Shown piece by piece: positions 18,629 to 26,848 of a stretch of DNA of 55,603 nucleotides; within the stretch, counting starts at the first letter, position 1; every line of letters starts with the position of its first letter. The position numbers and the translations under genes were made by a program. The notes under the pieces are model-generated. The model did not search any database. It was not told where the DNA came from and saw only the letters and a program-made list of their open reading frames with translations. The stretch is from a virus (lineage: Duplodnaviria > Caudoviricetes): the IMG/VR virus record IMGVR_UViG_3300044713_000025, positions 1 to 55,603 of that record; one strand, given 5' to 3'.

Positions 18629-19128
18629 TGCACTCCTTCATTGAGAGGGCGCCAGGACTGACCTAAGGCGATCCTGCTCACGGTTGTCTGAGAAATGCCG
18701 TAGCGATCGGCAACATCCCCCTGCTTACATCCGACCGCCAGAAGCGCCCGTATCTCATGCACCTTCTGCCACGTCAGGCACGACTGAATGCTCTGGCCGT
18801 TTATCAGGTGCCGATTACGAAGCCGCATGTCCTGATGGTTATCGGCACTTGTCCCGACAGACAGGTGATGCGGATTGACGCAAACCGGGTTATCGCATGA
18901 GTGCCGAACCTGCCGCCTCGCGGGGATTTCCCCGTGATATAACAGGTAGGCCACCCGATGCGAGTAGAGGTTGTGCCGCTGGCGGGTTGCCTTGATCTGG
19001 CCGTAGCCCTTCCCGACAAGGGATTTGGTCCACGGCCAGCACTCATCATCGCCACGACGCTCGTAGCTCTTGTGAAACCGGGCGATCAACTCATCGTCCA
19101 GCTTCTCCCATTCCGGGCCGGTCTTCAT
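18625..19128 (-). CDS. Free-standing HNH homing endonuclease with C-terminal HTH
   Basis: ECWPWT..GYGQI, HRVAYLL.HGEIP, VRHSCDNPVCVNPHHL, VADRYGISQTTVSRI. Confidence 0.92.
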   Translation of the reverse strand: MKTGPEWEKLDDELIARFHKSYERRGDDECWPWTKSLVGKGYGQIKATRQRHNLYSHRVAYLLYHGEIPARRQVRHSCDNPVCVNPHHLSVGTSADNHQDMRLRNRHLINGQSIQSCLTWQKVHEIRALLAVGCKQGDVADRYGISQTTVSRIALGQSWRPLNEGVQ

Positions 19129-19137
19129 AGGCTTCTT

Positions 19138-19158
19138 CCTCTCTTGCATTAAGAGAGG
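19138..19158 (-). promoter_or_regulatory. Hairpin sequestering the HNH ribosome-binding site
   Basis: Perfect 8-bp inverted repeat CCTCTCTT/AAGAGAGG containing the GAGAGG SD, 9 nt before ATG 19128. Confidence 0.65.
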
Positions 19159-19205
19159 GATTGGCGCATATTGCTCCCGGCCAGTCAAGGTATTAGTATG
19201 CGTCA

Positions 19206-20210
19206 TCACGCCGCAGATGCCCACTTTACTATGCGTGCTTGTAACGCTTGGGTCTGCGTCAGAGCGAAGCCGCCTAAATAATACCAGGCAATGCCCTTCG
19301 CACGACCGTAGTCGGTGGGGATTTTGCCTCGCATTTCCTCAGGCACAACCAGCGCCTCGGCAACGGTGTCCTCGCCGAAGAAGTAAATCCAGTCCGACAG
19401 GCCATTGGTCCACGTGGTGAAGTTCGCCGCCACCGGGTAGGAACCGGAGCCGTTGTAGTTGCCGTGGGGGATGTTGGTCTGCTCGATGAACCGAACCCCT
19501 TCGTACTTCCCGATCTCGCCGTTGTAGATCATCTGGAAGCCTTCATCGCGGTACTGGTAGACGCCTTCCAGGTTGTTCTTCATCGGGCGCCAAGTGGTCG
19601 GCCATGCGATGCCGAAATACTCGTCGCCCATGTACGGCGGGATGTTGCGCTCCTTCATCACGTCCACGATGGACTTGACGTGGAGATTGGAGAACGCAAC
19701 CGAGTTCGTGATGGTGGTCGTCCCGGTGGTGCTCAGGGTCACGCTGATGGTGCTGGTGCCCACTGTGCCGGTGCCGGCAGATGCAAACACCAACAGAGGC
19801 GTGGCGTTGAACTGATACCAAGCCTGCCCGTCGAGGCCCTTCTTGGCGTCGTTCTTCATCACCTTGTTGATGATTTCCTGAACCGGATGCTTCGACAGGT
19901 TATCCAGGAACCCAGTATACGGGACGGAGTTACCCATCTCCGTCACGGTGCCAGTGCCCTGGGCAATCGTGAAGTTGGTCTCGTTCAGGGTGCTGGTTTC
20001 CACCAGGGTTGTCCCCTGGGTGGCTACGTCATTGTAGACGTTCCAGGTGAAAATCTGGCCCTTGTGCAAGCCCTTGTCGGTGAAGTCCTTGGCGTCGCAG
20101 AACTGGCGGAACTTGCAGAGCGGCTGGACGGCGGTGCGGAGAATGTCCGACAGCTCCAGCGAATACATATAGCCACCAAGCGAATTGACGCCCCAAAGCT
20201 GTCCAGCCAT
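19206..20210 (-). CDS. Major capsid protein (HK97 fold, N4-gp56-like)
   Basis: 334 aa with strongly biased codons; follows the scaffold; FRQF, E.GNSVPYT, GEIGKYEGVRFIE, DYGRAKGIAWYYLGGF. Confidence 0.9.
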   Translation of the reverse strand: MAGQLWGVNSLGGYMYSLELSDILRTAVQPLCKFRQFCDAKDFTDKGLHKGQIFTWNVYNDVATQGTTLVETSTLNETNFTIAQGTGTVTEMGNSVPYTGFLDNLSKHPVQEIINKVMKNDAKKGLDGQAWYQFNATPLLVFASAGTGTVGTSTISVTLSTTGTTTITNSVAFSNLHVKSIVDVMKERNIPPYMGDEYFGIAWPTTWRPMKNNLEGVYQYRDEGFQMIYNGEIGKYEGVRFIEQTNIPHGNYNGSGSYPVAANFTTWTNGLSDWIYFFGEDTVAEALVVPEEMRGKIPTDYGRAKGIAWYYLGGFALTQTQALQARIVKWASAA

Positions 20211-20219
20211 GGGTGGTTC

Positions 20220-21272
20220 CTATCTCATGGATAGCTGACCTCGCGACCTTCGCATCTGTTCGACAATATCCGACCCGCTGGGCGGGCGCGGCGTCTCTGG
20301 AGCGGGCGCACGACGGTCAACCATCTGCGTTGCGCGTGGAGCCGCTCGCTTGCGCTCGATAACGTCCTGCCGTGACTGGACGGTCGGCGCTGCCTGAGAT
20401 GGCTGCGGATTCTCGCTCCCAGGCCGAGACAGGTTCATCGCGTCTCGAACCGCGTTGCCTGCCTCCCTGTAGATGTCGAGGTCGGACTGCTGCTTACCCG
20501 TCACCGTGTTCCGATGACGAATGGCATCAACGTTCATCTTGGCCAGCATGGTACGCTGGGGATGCTCGAAGATATCGGAGTATTCCTGCCGAATGACTTG
20601 CGAGTCGGTCGCAAGCTGCGCCTGCTCCCGCGCTACCGTCGCGGCCCGCTGGACAATGGCTTCCGGGTCCACATAGGGCTGGGTGACGCTGCTACGGGCA
20701 ACCACGTCCACGATCAGGTTCTGGAGCGCTTCCGCCGCTGCGTCCTGATCGCCGAACTGGATTTGCCTGACCGCATCCCGAATGGCCTGCGCGTCAGGCG
20801 TGAACTGAGGAGTCTTTGGCTGCTCTGCGGGTGGCGTGTACTGCGGCTGCTGGTTCTGGTGCAGGGCAAGGTTCGTGACCATGCCCAAACGGGCAAGCTG
20901 CTGGTACTGCTCGTCAGTGACCGGATATTCGCGCCCTTCGAAAGGGACCATCCGAATAGTGGGATCGGGCGCCGGAGCCAATGCGGGAGGCGTGGGGAGG
21001 ACACGCGCCTCGGTTTGCGCCGGCTCCGGCTCGTGGACCTCTGGTTCTGGCTCCTCATCGGTCGGGAAAACCAGACCCGCAGCCTTGGCTTCTGCGTCGT
21101 AAACAGCCCCTTGGGCCATTTCCTTCTGACGCTCTTGCTCGGCACGCTCGGCAATGCCGCGCATTATCTTGTCGCGGGGAGACTCCTGCCGTTCGCCAGA
21201 CGAATGCTCTTCATCGGGGGTCTCACCCTCAATGTGCATGGTCTCCGGCAGTTCCAGGTTCGTCCCGCTCAT
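20220..21272 (-). CDS. Capsid scaffolding protein
   Basis: Acidic, Pro/Gln-rich, with basic C-terminus IVEQMRRSRGQ; directly upstream of the MCP. Confidence 0.75.
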   Translation of the reverse strand: MSGTNLELPETMHIEGETPDEEHSSGERQESPRDKIMRGIAERAEQERQKEMAQGAVYDAEAKAAGLVFPTDEEPEPEVHEPEPAQTEARVLPTPPALAPAPDPTIRMVPFEGREYPVTDEQYQQLARLGMVTNLALHQNQQPQYTPPAEQPKTPQFTPDAQAIRDAVRQIQFGDQDAAAEALQNLIVDVVARSSVTQPYVDPEAIVQRAATVAREQAQLATDSQVIRQEYSDIFEHPQRTMLAKMNVDAIRHRNTVTGKQQSDLDIYREAGNAVRDAMNLSRPGSENPQPSQAAPTVQSRQDVIERKRAAPRATQMVDRRAPAPETPRPPSGSDIVEQMRRSRGQLSMR

Positions 21273-21601
21273 TCGGCGTGCCGCTCGTCCTCTTGCCTTA
21301 TTTCCAACTCAGCCACTTGGCCGCGTTGTAACAAAGCGTTCAGCGTCCGTCTTATATATACAAGTGTCTTGACATTGACAAGCGCCTTGTGCATCGCCAC
21401 CGGATCGGCTGCGGACAGGTCCGCCAACTCTTCCATGGCCGCATCAGCGTCCTGCCGAACCGCCGCCATCAGGAGTTTTATGGTCGGATTGTCCCGCAAA
21501 TCGGCTTCAACGGCGATTGCTTCTGCCAACACGGCAAAGCGGCTGTCACGGGATTTCAGGGCATCAAGTTGGTCTGGCGTCAGATCGCTCACATTATCCA
21601 C
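21269..21601 (-). CDS. Small helical head-assembly protein
   Basis: Typical position immediately before the scaffold. Confidence 0.6.
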   Translation of the reverse strand: MDNVSDLTPDQLDALKSRDSRFAVLAEAIAVEADLRDNPTIKLLMAAVRQDADAAMEELADLSAADPVAMHKALVNVKTLVYIRRTLNALLQRGQVAELEIRQEDERHAE

Positions 21602-22887
21602 TCTGTTAGCATGATTACCGCTGCTTCATCGTCCCTCATGAGCGCCTGCCGCACCATGAGCAGTTCCCATTCCGCCCGGACAGCCTCTATGTCGAACGGT
21701 ATATGCACAACCGGCGGTGGTTCCGCAACGATCTTCGGAAGTTCCTTCCGGCGACGCTTGGCCCGTACCGGCTTCGGTACTTCCTGCGCTGCCTTCTGGC
21801 GTCTTTCCCATCTGGCGCGACTCCATGCCAGATACCGCTGCCAGCTATCCTCCTTGCCGTCTGCCGGCCCTCCGGTCTGAGGGACAATGATCTGCCCTTG
21901 GACTATAAGGGTAAACGCATCTACCGCCGCTGCCGTCTCGATTATGTCCGTTTCGCCCGTGGCAGACAGAGCCACGGTGTCAGCCGAAGCCCCTGCTTCT
22001 GATATGTCCGTTTCGGCCCCAATTGAGACAGTAACGGTGTCAGCAGCAGCGCCAGCTTCTGATATATCGGTCTCAGCGGTAGTAGACGCTGTAACGCTGT
22101 CAGCGGCTGTTGCCGTCTCCATCGCCGCGATTGCAGCGGACATCTGCTCGGCAACGGTATCTGCGCCTGTGCCAGCCTCCGAGACGGCCACGGCAGCCGT
22201 CATCGTCTCCGCTATCGTGTTAGCACCAGAGCCTGCTTCGGATATGGAGATGGTGATGACGCTAGGCCATGTGATGACGATCTGGCCGCTGGCGCCAGTT
22301 GGGTGTGAGCCGCCTGTCTCAGCCCCGCCGCCTCCGCCTGGAGCGCCACCAAGAACGACTAGGCCGCTTGTGCCGAAACCACCACCACCACCACCAAGTG
22401 CGTTTGCTGCTCCCGGTGCACCTGGGCCACCACCCGCACCCCCTAAGCCCGCATCTCCCGCGCCTCCAGTGGTGGAAGTACTGGATTGACCTGCACCGTC
22501 TGGTCCTCCGGCGCCACCGCCGCCGCCGGCCGTATGGCCAGCACCACCATCGGATAGGATAGTCCCAGTACCACCTGTGCCCCCGACTCCAGTAGCCTTA
22601 CCGCCGACTGCGACAATAACGGTGGATTTCCATGTGGTATTGCCACCGTTAGAGTTGGCACCACCAGTACCAATTGCGTAGGTTATTCCGCTGGAAACAT
22701 CCCCCGAGGTAACAGTATAGCTAGACTGCGCAAATTCGCCGCCGCCTCCCCCTACACCACTTGAGGCACTACCGGAGGCGCCTCCTGCCCAGCACTGGAC
22801 GGTCAGAACAGTTCCCGCAATGACGCCATCGCTGGCCATTGTCGCAGCGGCGTAGCTGGTCCCAGAGGTAAATGTGCGCGTGCCCAT
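21589..22887 (-). CDS. Gly-rich fiber-like virion protein with 20-aa repeats
   Basis: Gly-rich N-terminal domain (WAGGASG..GGGGGEFA) followed by a repeat shaft. Confidence 0.65.
   Translation of the reverse strand: MGTRTFTSGTSYAAATMASDGVIAGTVLTVQCWAGGASGSASSGVGGGGGEFAQSSYTVTSGDVSSGITYAIGTGGANSNGGNTTWKSTVIVAVGGKATGVGGTGGTGTILSDGGAGHTAGGGGGAGGPDGAGQSSTSTTGGAGDAGLGGAGGGPGAPGAANALGGGGGGFGTSGLVVLGGAPGGGGGAETGGSHPTGASGQIVITWPSVITISISEAGSGANTIAETMTAAVAVSEAGTGADTVAEQMSAAIAAMETATAADSVTASTTAETDISEAGAAADTVTVSIGAETDISEAGASADTVALSATGETDIIETAAAVDAFTLIVQGQIIVPQTGGPADGKEDSWQRYLAWSRARWERRQKAAQEVPKPVRAKRRRKELPKIVAEPPPVVHIPFDIEAVRAEWELLMVRQALMRDDEAAVIMLTEWIM
21905..22255 (-). repeat. About six degenerate 20-aa (60-bp) coding repeats
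   Basis: ISEAGSGANTI / VSEAGTGADTV / AMETATAADSV / ISEAGAAADTV / ISEAGASADTV / IIETAAAVDAF. Confidence 0.8.
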
Positions 22888-22897
22888 CGCGCGAGGA

Positions 22898-23482
22898 CTA
22901 CATCGTCAGCGTATAGGTCGCGACAACCGTATTACCGTTGATGACTGGCTGTGCCGTGCCAAGCGTTCCGGCCGAAAGCAGCGTGCCGCCCGTGTTGGCA
23001 ATCGCGCTCGTGGCGCCTGTTCCGAACGTCATGGCGATGCCTTGGATGGTCCCGGTTCCCGTGATGGCATAGGAAATCGTGCCAGAACTGGTGATCGTGC
23101 CGCTGGAGGGGGCATTGAATGAGACAGTGGGCCGAGTGCCAGAGAACATAGGGGCATTCGCGCTTCCCGCCTCAAGCCAGCCACTGTGCGATGCCATCGT
23201 ATCCGCCGCCGAGACCGCCGAGAACGACGCGCTGGAAATCAGCAGCATATACGGTCCTGTCACGGTATAGGACGACCCCTGCAAGGCAGCAGCGAATGTA
23301 GCGTTCTTGCCGAGCGTGCAGACTACGTTATCAACCCGGTCGGTCCAGATCGGCATGCCTTTATCATCGTAACAGGTCAGGTTGTACCAGCCCTTCGCAC
23401 CGGCCTGCTCACTGGCTCCGGCTACGGCTGACATGCCGACGCAGACCACTTCGCCGACATTGATATTCTCAATAGCCATCAT
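22898..23482 (-). CDS. Virion structural protein (fiber-associated)
   Basis: DNVVCTLGKN, AADTMASHSGWLE, GTLLSAG, V.NGNTV..TYT: a common phage structural pattern. Confidence 0.65.
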   Translation of the reverse strand: MMAIENINVGEVVCVGMSAVAGASEQAGAKGWYNLTCYDDKGMPIWTDRVDNVVCTLGKNATFAAALQGSSYTVTGPYMLLISSASFSAVSAADTMASHSGWLEAGSANAPMFSGTRPTVSFNAPSSGTITSSGTISYAITGTGTIQGIAMTFGTGATSAIANTGGTLLSAGTLGTAQPVINGNTVVATYTLTM

Positions 23483-23666
23483 TGGCCTCCAATGAATCGG
23501 CTAGTTCGGCCGTGAGTTGCCTGAGTTCGTTATTCTGTCTCGCCGCGAGGCGCCTAGCTTCCTTGGCGTTATGCAATCGACGTTCGCGCGACTCCTCGGC
23601 CGTTAGCCTCCTATACGGCGGCTCCATGACGCCTGACGGCCATGGTAGCGGTTGCCAATCTTCCAC
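23469..23666 (-). CDS. Hypothetical protein
   Basis: Fills the gap; coiled-coil-like. Confidence 0.5.
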   Translation of the reverse strand: MEDWQPLPWPSGVMEPPYRRLTAEESRERRLHNAKEARRLAARQNNELRQLTAELADSLEANDGY

Positions 23667-24152
23667 CTACTCTTTCCCCCTCACCGTCTCGATACCGATA
23701 ATCTGACCTTGCCCATCACGGACAATACGCTTGCGGGCTTCCATCTTATCAGCGAACCGCTCGAATGCCGCCGTCATCTGACGCAGAACTTTACCCAGAT
23801 CATCAGACGCCGCCCGATGCGGGGCCGCAGCTTCTGCGATCTTGCGCATCTCACTAACGCCACCATCCGCGATTTTCTGCATCTCGCCGATGATGCATTC
23901 CCTGAGTTCATTCAGTTCCGCGCCTTCATGCCTGATGGCGTCCAACATTGCGGCGGCTTCCTCCAGATAACCCCCGATTGCCTGAATGCCCTTTTCCACT
24001 CGCTCCGCGATCTGCTTGCCTTCCTCAACCCTCTGCTCGACAAGGCGAGCCGCATGCTGGGCAGCATTCGCCGCCACCATCGCGGTATTGACTTGCTCGG
24101 AACCGTCCTCCTCTGGTTCGTGCTGAATAACGTCCCAGGAAGTGTCCATCAT
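23667..24152 (-). CDS. Coiled-coil hypothetical protein
   Basis: Ends in KRIVRDGQGQIIG, a motif common next to phage portals. Confidence 0.65.
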   Translation of the reverse strand: MMDTSWDVIQHEPEEDGSEQVNTAMVAANAAQHAARLVEQRVEEGKQIAERVEKGIQAIGGYLEEAAAMLDAIRHEGAELNELRECIIGEMQKIADGGVSEMRKIAEAAAPHRAASDDLGKVLRQMTAAFERFADKMEARKRIVRDGQGQIIGIETVRGKE

Positions 24153-26482
24153 ACCTGCATCGCCCTGCCGCCGCGCATACGCCAGCGCTGGCCGTTGCCG
24201 AATGTGGTCACATGACCCTCACGCAAGAGATGGGCGGGAGGCGTCTGTGGGGCTTGCTGGGTGGCATGTTGCGGCTGTTGTGGCGCCAGTCCAGCCTCCC
24301 TGATCGCCGGGTGCATTCTCTGCTGCGCTGCGGCTTGTGACTCCATCAGCGCACGCTGGGTATCCAGCCACGCCCGCCAGTTCTCGGCCTGCTCGGACAT
24401 ATGCTCGCGGGCAAAGTCCATCTGCGAGTTCTTTTCGTCCGTCTGAGACTTCAAATGCTGCTCGACAATGCGGCCATGTGTAGTGATCTGGGCTGCTTGT
24501 ACCCGGCTCTGATCCGGCGGCTGATGTTCCGTGCCACCCTTCTGCATCTTCGCCATCTGCTGCTGAAGCATCGCCACGCGCGGATCAAAACCAGGTTGGA
24601 AAAACCGTTGGCCATCCTTATACCCGAGCAGCCCGAATACCTCCTTCGATACCTCCTGGAAGTTGGCTCCCATTGCAGCCGTGGGGCCGAAGATTTTACC
24701 GATGATATCCGCCCCAGTCGCGAAGTTCCGCAGCTTCATGTTCGGGTTAGTCGCCCCGATCCCAACATTAACCTTAGTCGTCACACCACCATTGAGCAGT
24801 TCGTCAGTGACTTCAGAGATACCGAACCGTTGGAATAACTGTGCCTGCTTCGCTGCCAGCGCCAGCACAACCGAGTCGGTTTCATACGCCTGCTCTACTT
24901 TGATAAGCAGCCGCAGCATGGGTTCAACCCACGTCTCGCTGAACAACCGTAGCTCATACTCAGTCAGTCCTGACGCCTCGCCAGACATCAGGTGCATACC
25001 AGTGGCGGACTGCTCCTGGACCTGGGATGCCTGTACGGACGAGTTAGTGAATGCCCCTGTCAGATCATCCCAATCCAGATTGATGCGGTCCTGCTCGGCA
25101 AAGCTGGCCTGATCCACGGATGGCGGCCGGTCCCACATCACTTCGCTATTCAGCGGCTCGCCTGACTTTCCTTTGATCCAGACCGTCTTACCCGGCATGA
25201 ACGTGCGAAGATCATTGACATCCAACCCGCTGCCTTCGCGGATGAACTGGCGCGGCTGGAGGCTTAACATTACGGCATCAAAGCGCGAGTTCCAGTCCTG
25301 ATTGGCGGCTCTCTGTAGATCGGTCGTCAGTTCCACCTTGCCGCTCGGGTAGGTTTTGTGCGTCTCCAACACCACACAACCAACGACATAAGGCCGCTCG
25401 CCATGCAGATGCACCTCTTTCAGCGGCTTCGGCGCCTCCAGCAGTTCCCCAGCGCTCCCCAATGTCCGATAACACCAGTCCTCCCCTTTCCACCGGACGA
25501 TGTTCAAGCGGGTCCAGCAGATATCGAAGTCCTTCGGCTTCCAGGCGTCATGGTCCTTCCCTGGCACACGGCCAGTCTCACGCGTGCGGCGGGTTACGTC
25601 GTCATCCCGATCCGTCGCGCCCTGGAGGGCAGACGTTGATACCGAAAGCCACTCAGCAGGCGCTCCCCGTTGGGGTTCCATACGGTCGCGGGCTTCCTGG
25701 ATATAGACTGGACATAGCTCGATCAGATACGGGCTTGATCTGACAGGATCGCGCCAATCGCATCCCGGCTCAAATCGGATGCCTTCTGGGGATATCAGCG
25801 TGGCGTAGGGCCGGTCCTTGATCTTCTTGTAGAGGTCAACCGACTCCATTTGCGGCTGGCCCAGAGCGTCATCCCAGGCTGGCATCCCATCCGGTCCCAT
25901 AACGGGGCGCATCTCGGAACGGAGGAACTGTTCCTCATATTCCCAACCTACCTTGCCGACGCAGATACCCATGACTTCGGCATCCTGACGTGCGCCAACC
26001 AACGTGAGGAACCACGGAATGCGCTGGTTCTGATCGGCGTTGGCCAGTCGGTATTGCAGGAGTGCCTTCAGGACTTCGGCACTGGCCTGCTGCATGGGGT
26101 CGTCATCATCAGCGGCCGTGATGGAAACCACGTCCTCATTCGAGAAGAACGCCGCCGCCGTAGCCGCTTCGTCCCGGCGAACCATCGCGCGGGTTTTGGG
26201 CCGATACATAGTGGAGCGGTAGCGGTAATCACCCGATAAGTACTTCGATCCGCTCGGATGGAGGGATTGGAACGCCCGCAGGCTGTCGTTCCATCGCGCC
26301 CGACGACCAGCGTTGATCCAGTTGGTGGACGACTCGAATATCTCCACCCCAAGCCGCACAGCATCCGAGTTGCTCAGAATCGGTGAACGCTCGCCTTTGG
26401 GGTTCTCAAAGTTGGACGAATAAGACGGTTCAAAGCCGAACGGACCCTGTTGGATATCAGGCGGCGTAAGACGGCCAGACAC
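24149..26482 (-). CDS. Portal protein (P22-like)
   Basis: 777 aa; RSTMYRPKTR, G..VGKVGWEY, SATGMHLM, F.ETWVEP; Gln-rich barrel-like tail. Confidence 0.88.
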   Translation of the reverse strand: MSGRLTPPDIQQGPFGFEPSYSSNFENPKGERSPILSNSDAVRLGVEIFESSTNWINAGRRARWNDSLRAFQSLHPSGSKYLSGDYRYRSTMYRPKTRAMVRRDEAATAAAFFSNEDVVSITAADDDDPMQQASAEVLKALLQYRLANADQNQRIPWFLTLVGARQDAEVMGICVGKVGWEYEEQFLRSEMRPVMGPDGMPAWDDALGQPQMESVDLYKKIKDRPYATLISPEGIRFEPGCDWRDPVRSSPYLIELCPVYIQEARDRMEPQRGAPAEWLSVSTSALQGATDRDDDVTRRTRETGRVPGKDHDAWKPKDFDICWTRLNIVRWKGEDWCYRTLGSAGELLEAPKPLKEVHLHGERPYVVGCVVLETHKTYPSGKVELTTDLQRAANQDWNSRFDAVMLSLQPRQFIREGSGLDVNDLRTFMPGKTVWIKGKSGEPLNSEVMWDRPPSVDQASFAEQDRINLDWDDLTGAFTNSSVQASQVQEQSATGMHLMSGEASGLTEYELRLFSETWVEPMLRLLIKVEQAYETDSVVLALAAKQAQLFQRFGISEVTDELLNGGVTTKVNVGIGATNPNMKLRNFATGADIIGKIFGPTAAMGANFQEVSKEVFGLLGYKDGQRFFQPGFDPRVAMLQQQMAKMQKGGTEHQPPDQSRVQAAQITTHGRIVEQHLKSQTDEKNSQMDFAREHMSEQAENWRAWLDTQRALMESQAAAQQRMHPAIREAGLAPQQPQHATQQAPQTPPAHLLREGHVTTFGNGQRWRMRGGRAMQV

Positions 26483-26848
26483 TCAGTACCTCGACTTCAG
26501 GACCATGTTGCCCTTGTCCAGACCGTTCTCCTGCGCCCGCTGTACCCAATCCCGAGGCGCCTGATCGCGCTGCAACCGCCAGCGCTCCAGTATCTCCCCT
26601 CCAGCCTCGCGGACCTTCTTCTGCCCTCCCGGCCCTACAGCCGTGGATATGTGGACCAGAAAGCCGGGCTGGGCCATGCCGCCCAGCGTTGGAACCGCCA
26701 GCTTAATGGCGATCACGCCAGCCTCATGGTTTGCTCCTACGTCCCATCCATAGCCGGGGTAGGTCTCGGTCAGATCGCGCCCGATCACAAGGCACAACGC
26801 TTCGTCTGCCGCCCGCGTGGCCCCAGAGCCTGTGAGGATGGTTTCCAC
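26483..26848 (-). CDS. Hypothetical protein
   Basis: YPGYGW.V...AGGEILERW motif, often found directly before portals. Confidence 0.65.
   Translation of the reverse strand: METILTGSGATRAADEALCLVIGRDLTETYPGYGWDVGANHEAGVIAIKLAVPTLGGMAQPGFLVHISTAVGPGGQKKVREAGGEILERWRLQRDQAPRDWVQRAQENGLDKGNMVLKSRY

Noticed and set aside
18625-19205. Group I intron interrupting the capsid gene
   Set aside because: The MCP ends with a normal C-terminus and stop, and the flanks are too short for a ribozyme core, so the HNH is free-standing.
20514-21614. Long plus-strand ORFs opposite structural genes (also 17328-18101, 19464-20234 and others)
   Set aside because: These are antisense shadows expected in GC-rich, codon-biased DNA; they have no RBS or recognisable motifs.
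21905-22255. 60-bp periodicity as a CRISPR-like or DGR array
   Set aside because: The units are degenerate in-frame protein repeats with no invariant repeat and spacer pattern, and no cas or reverse transcriptase gene is present.
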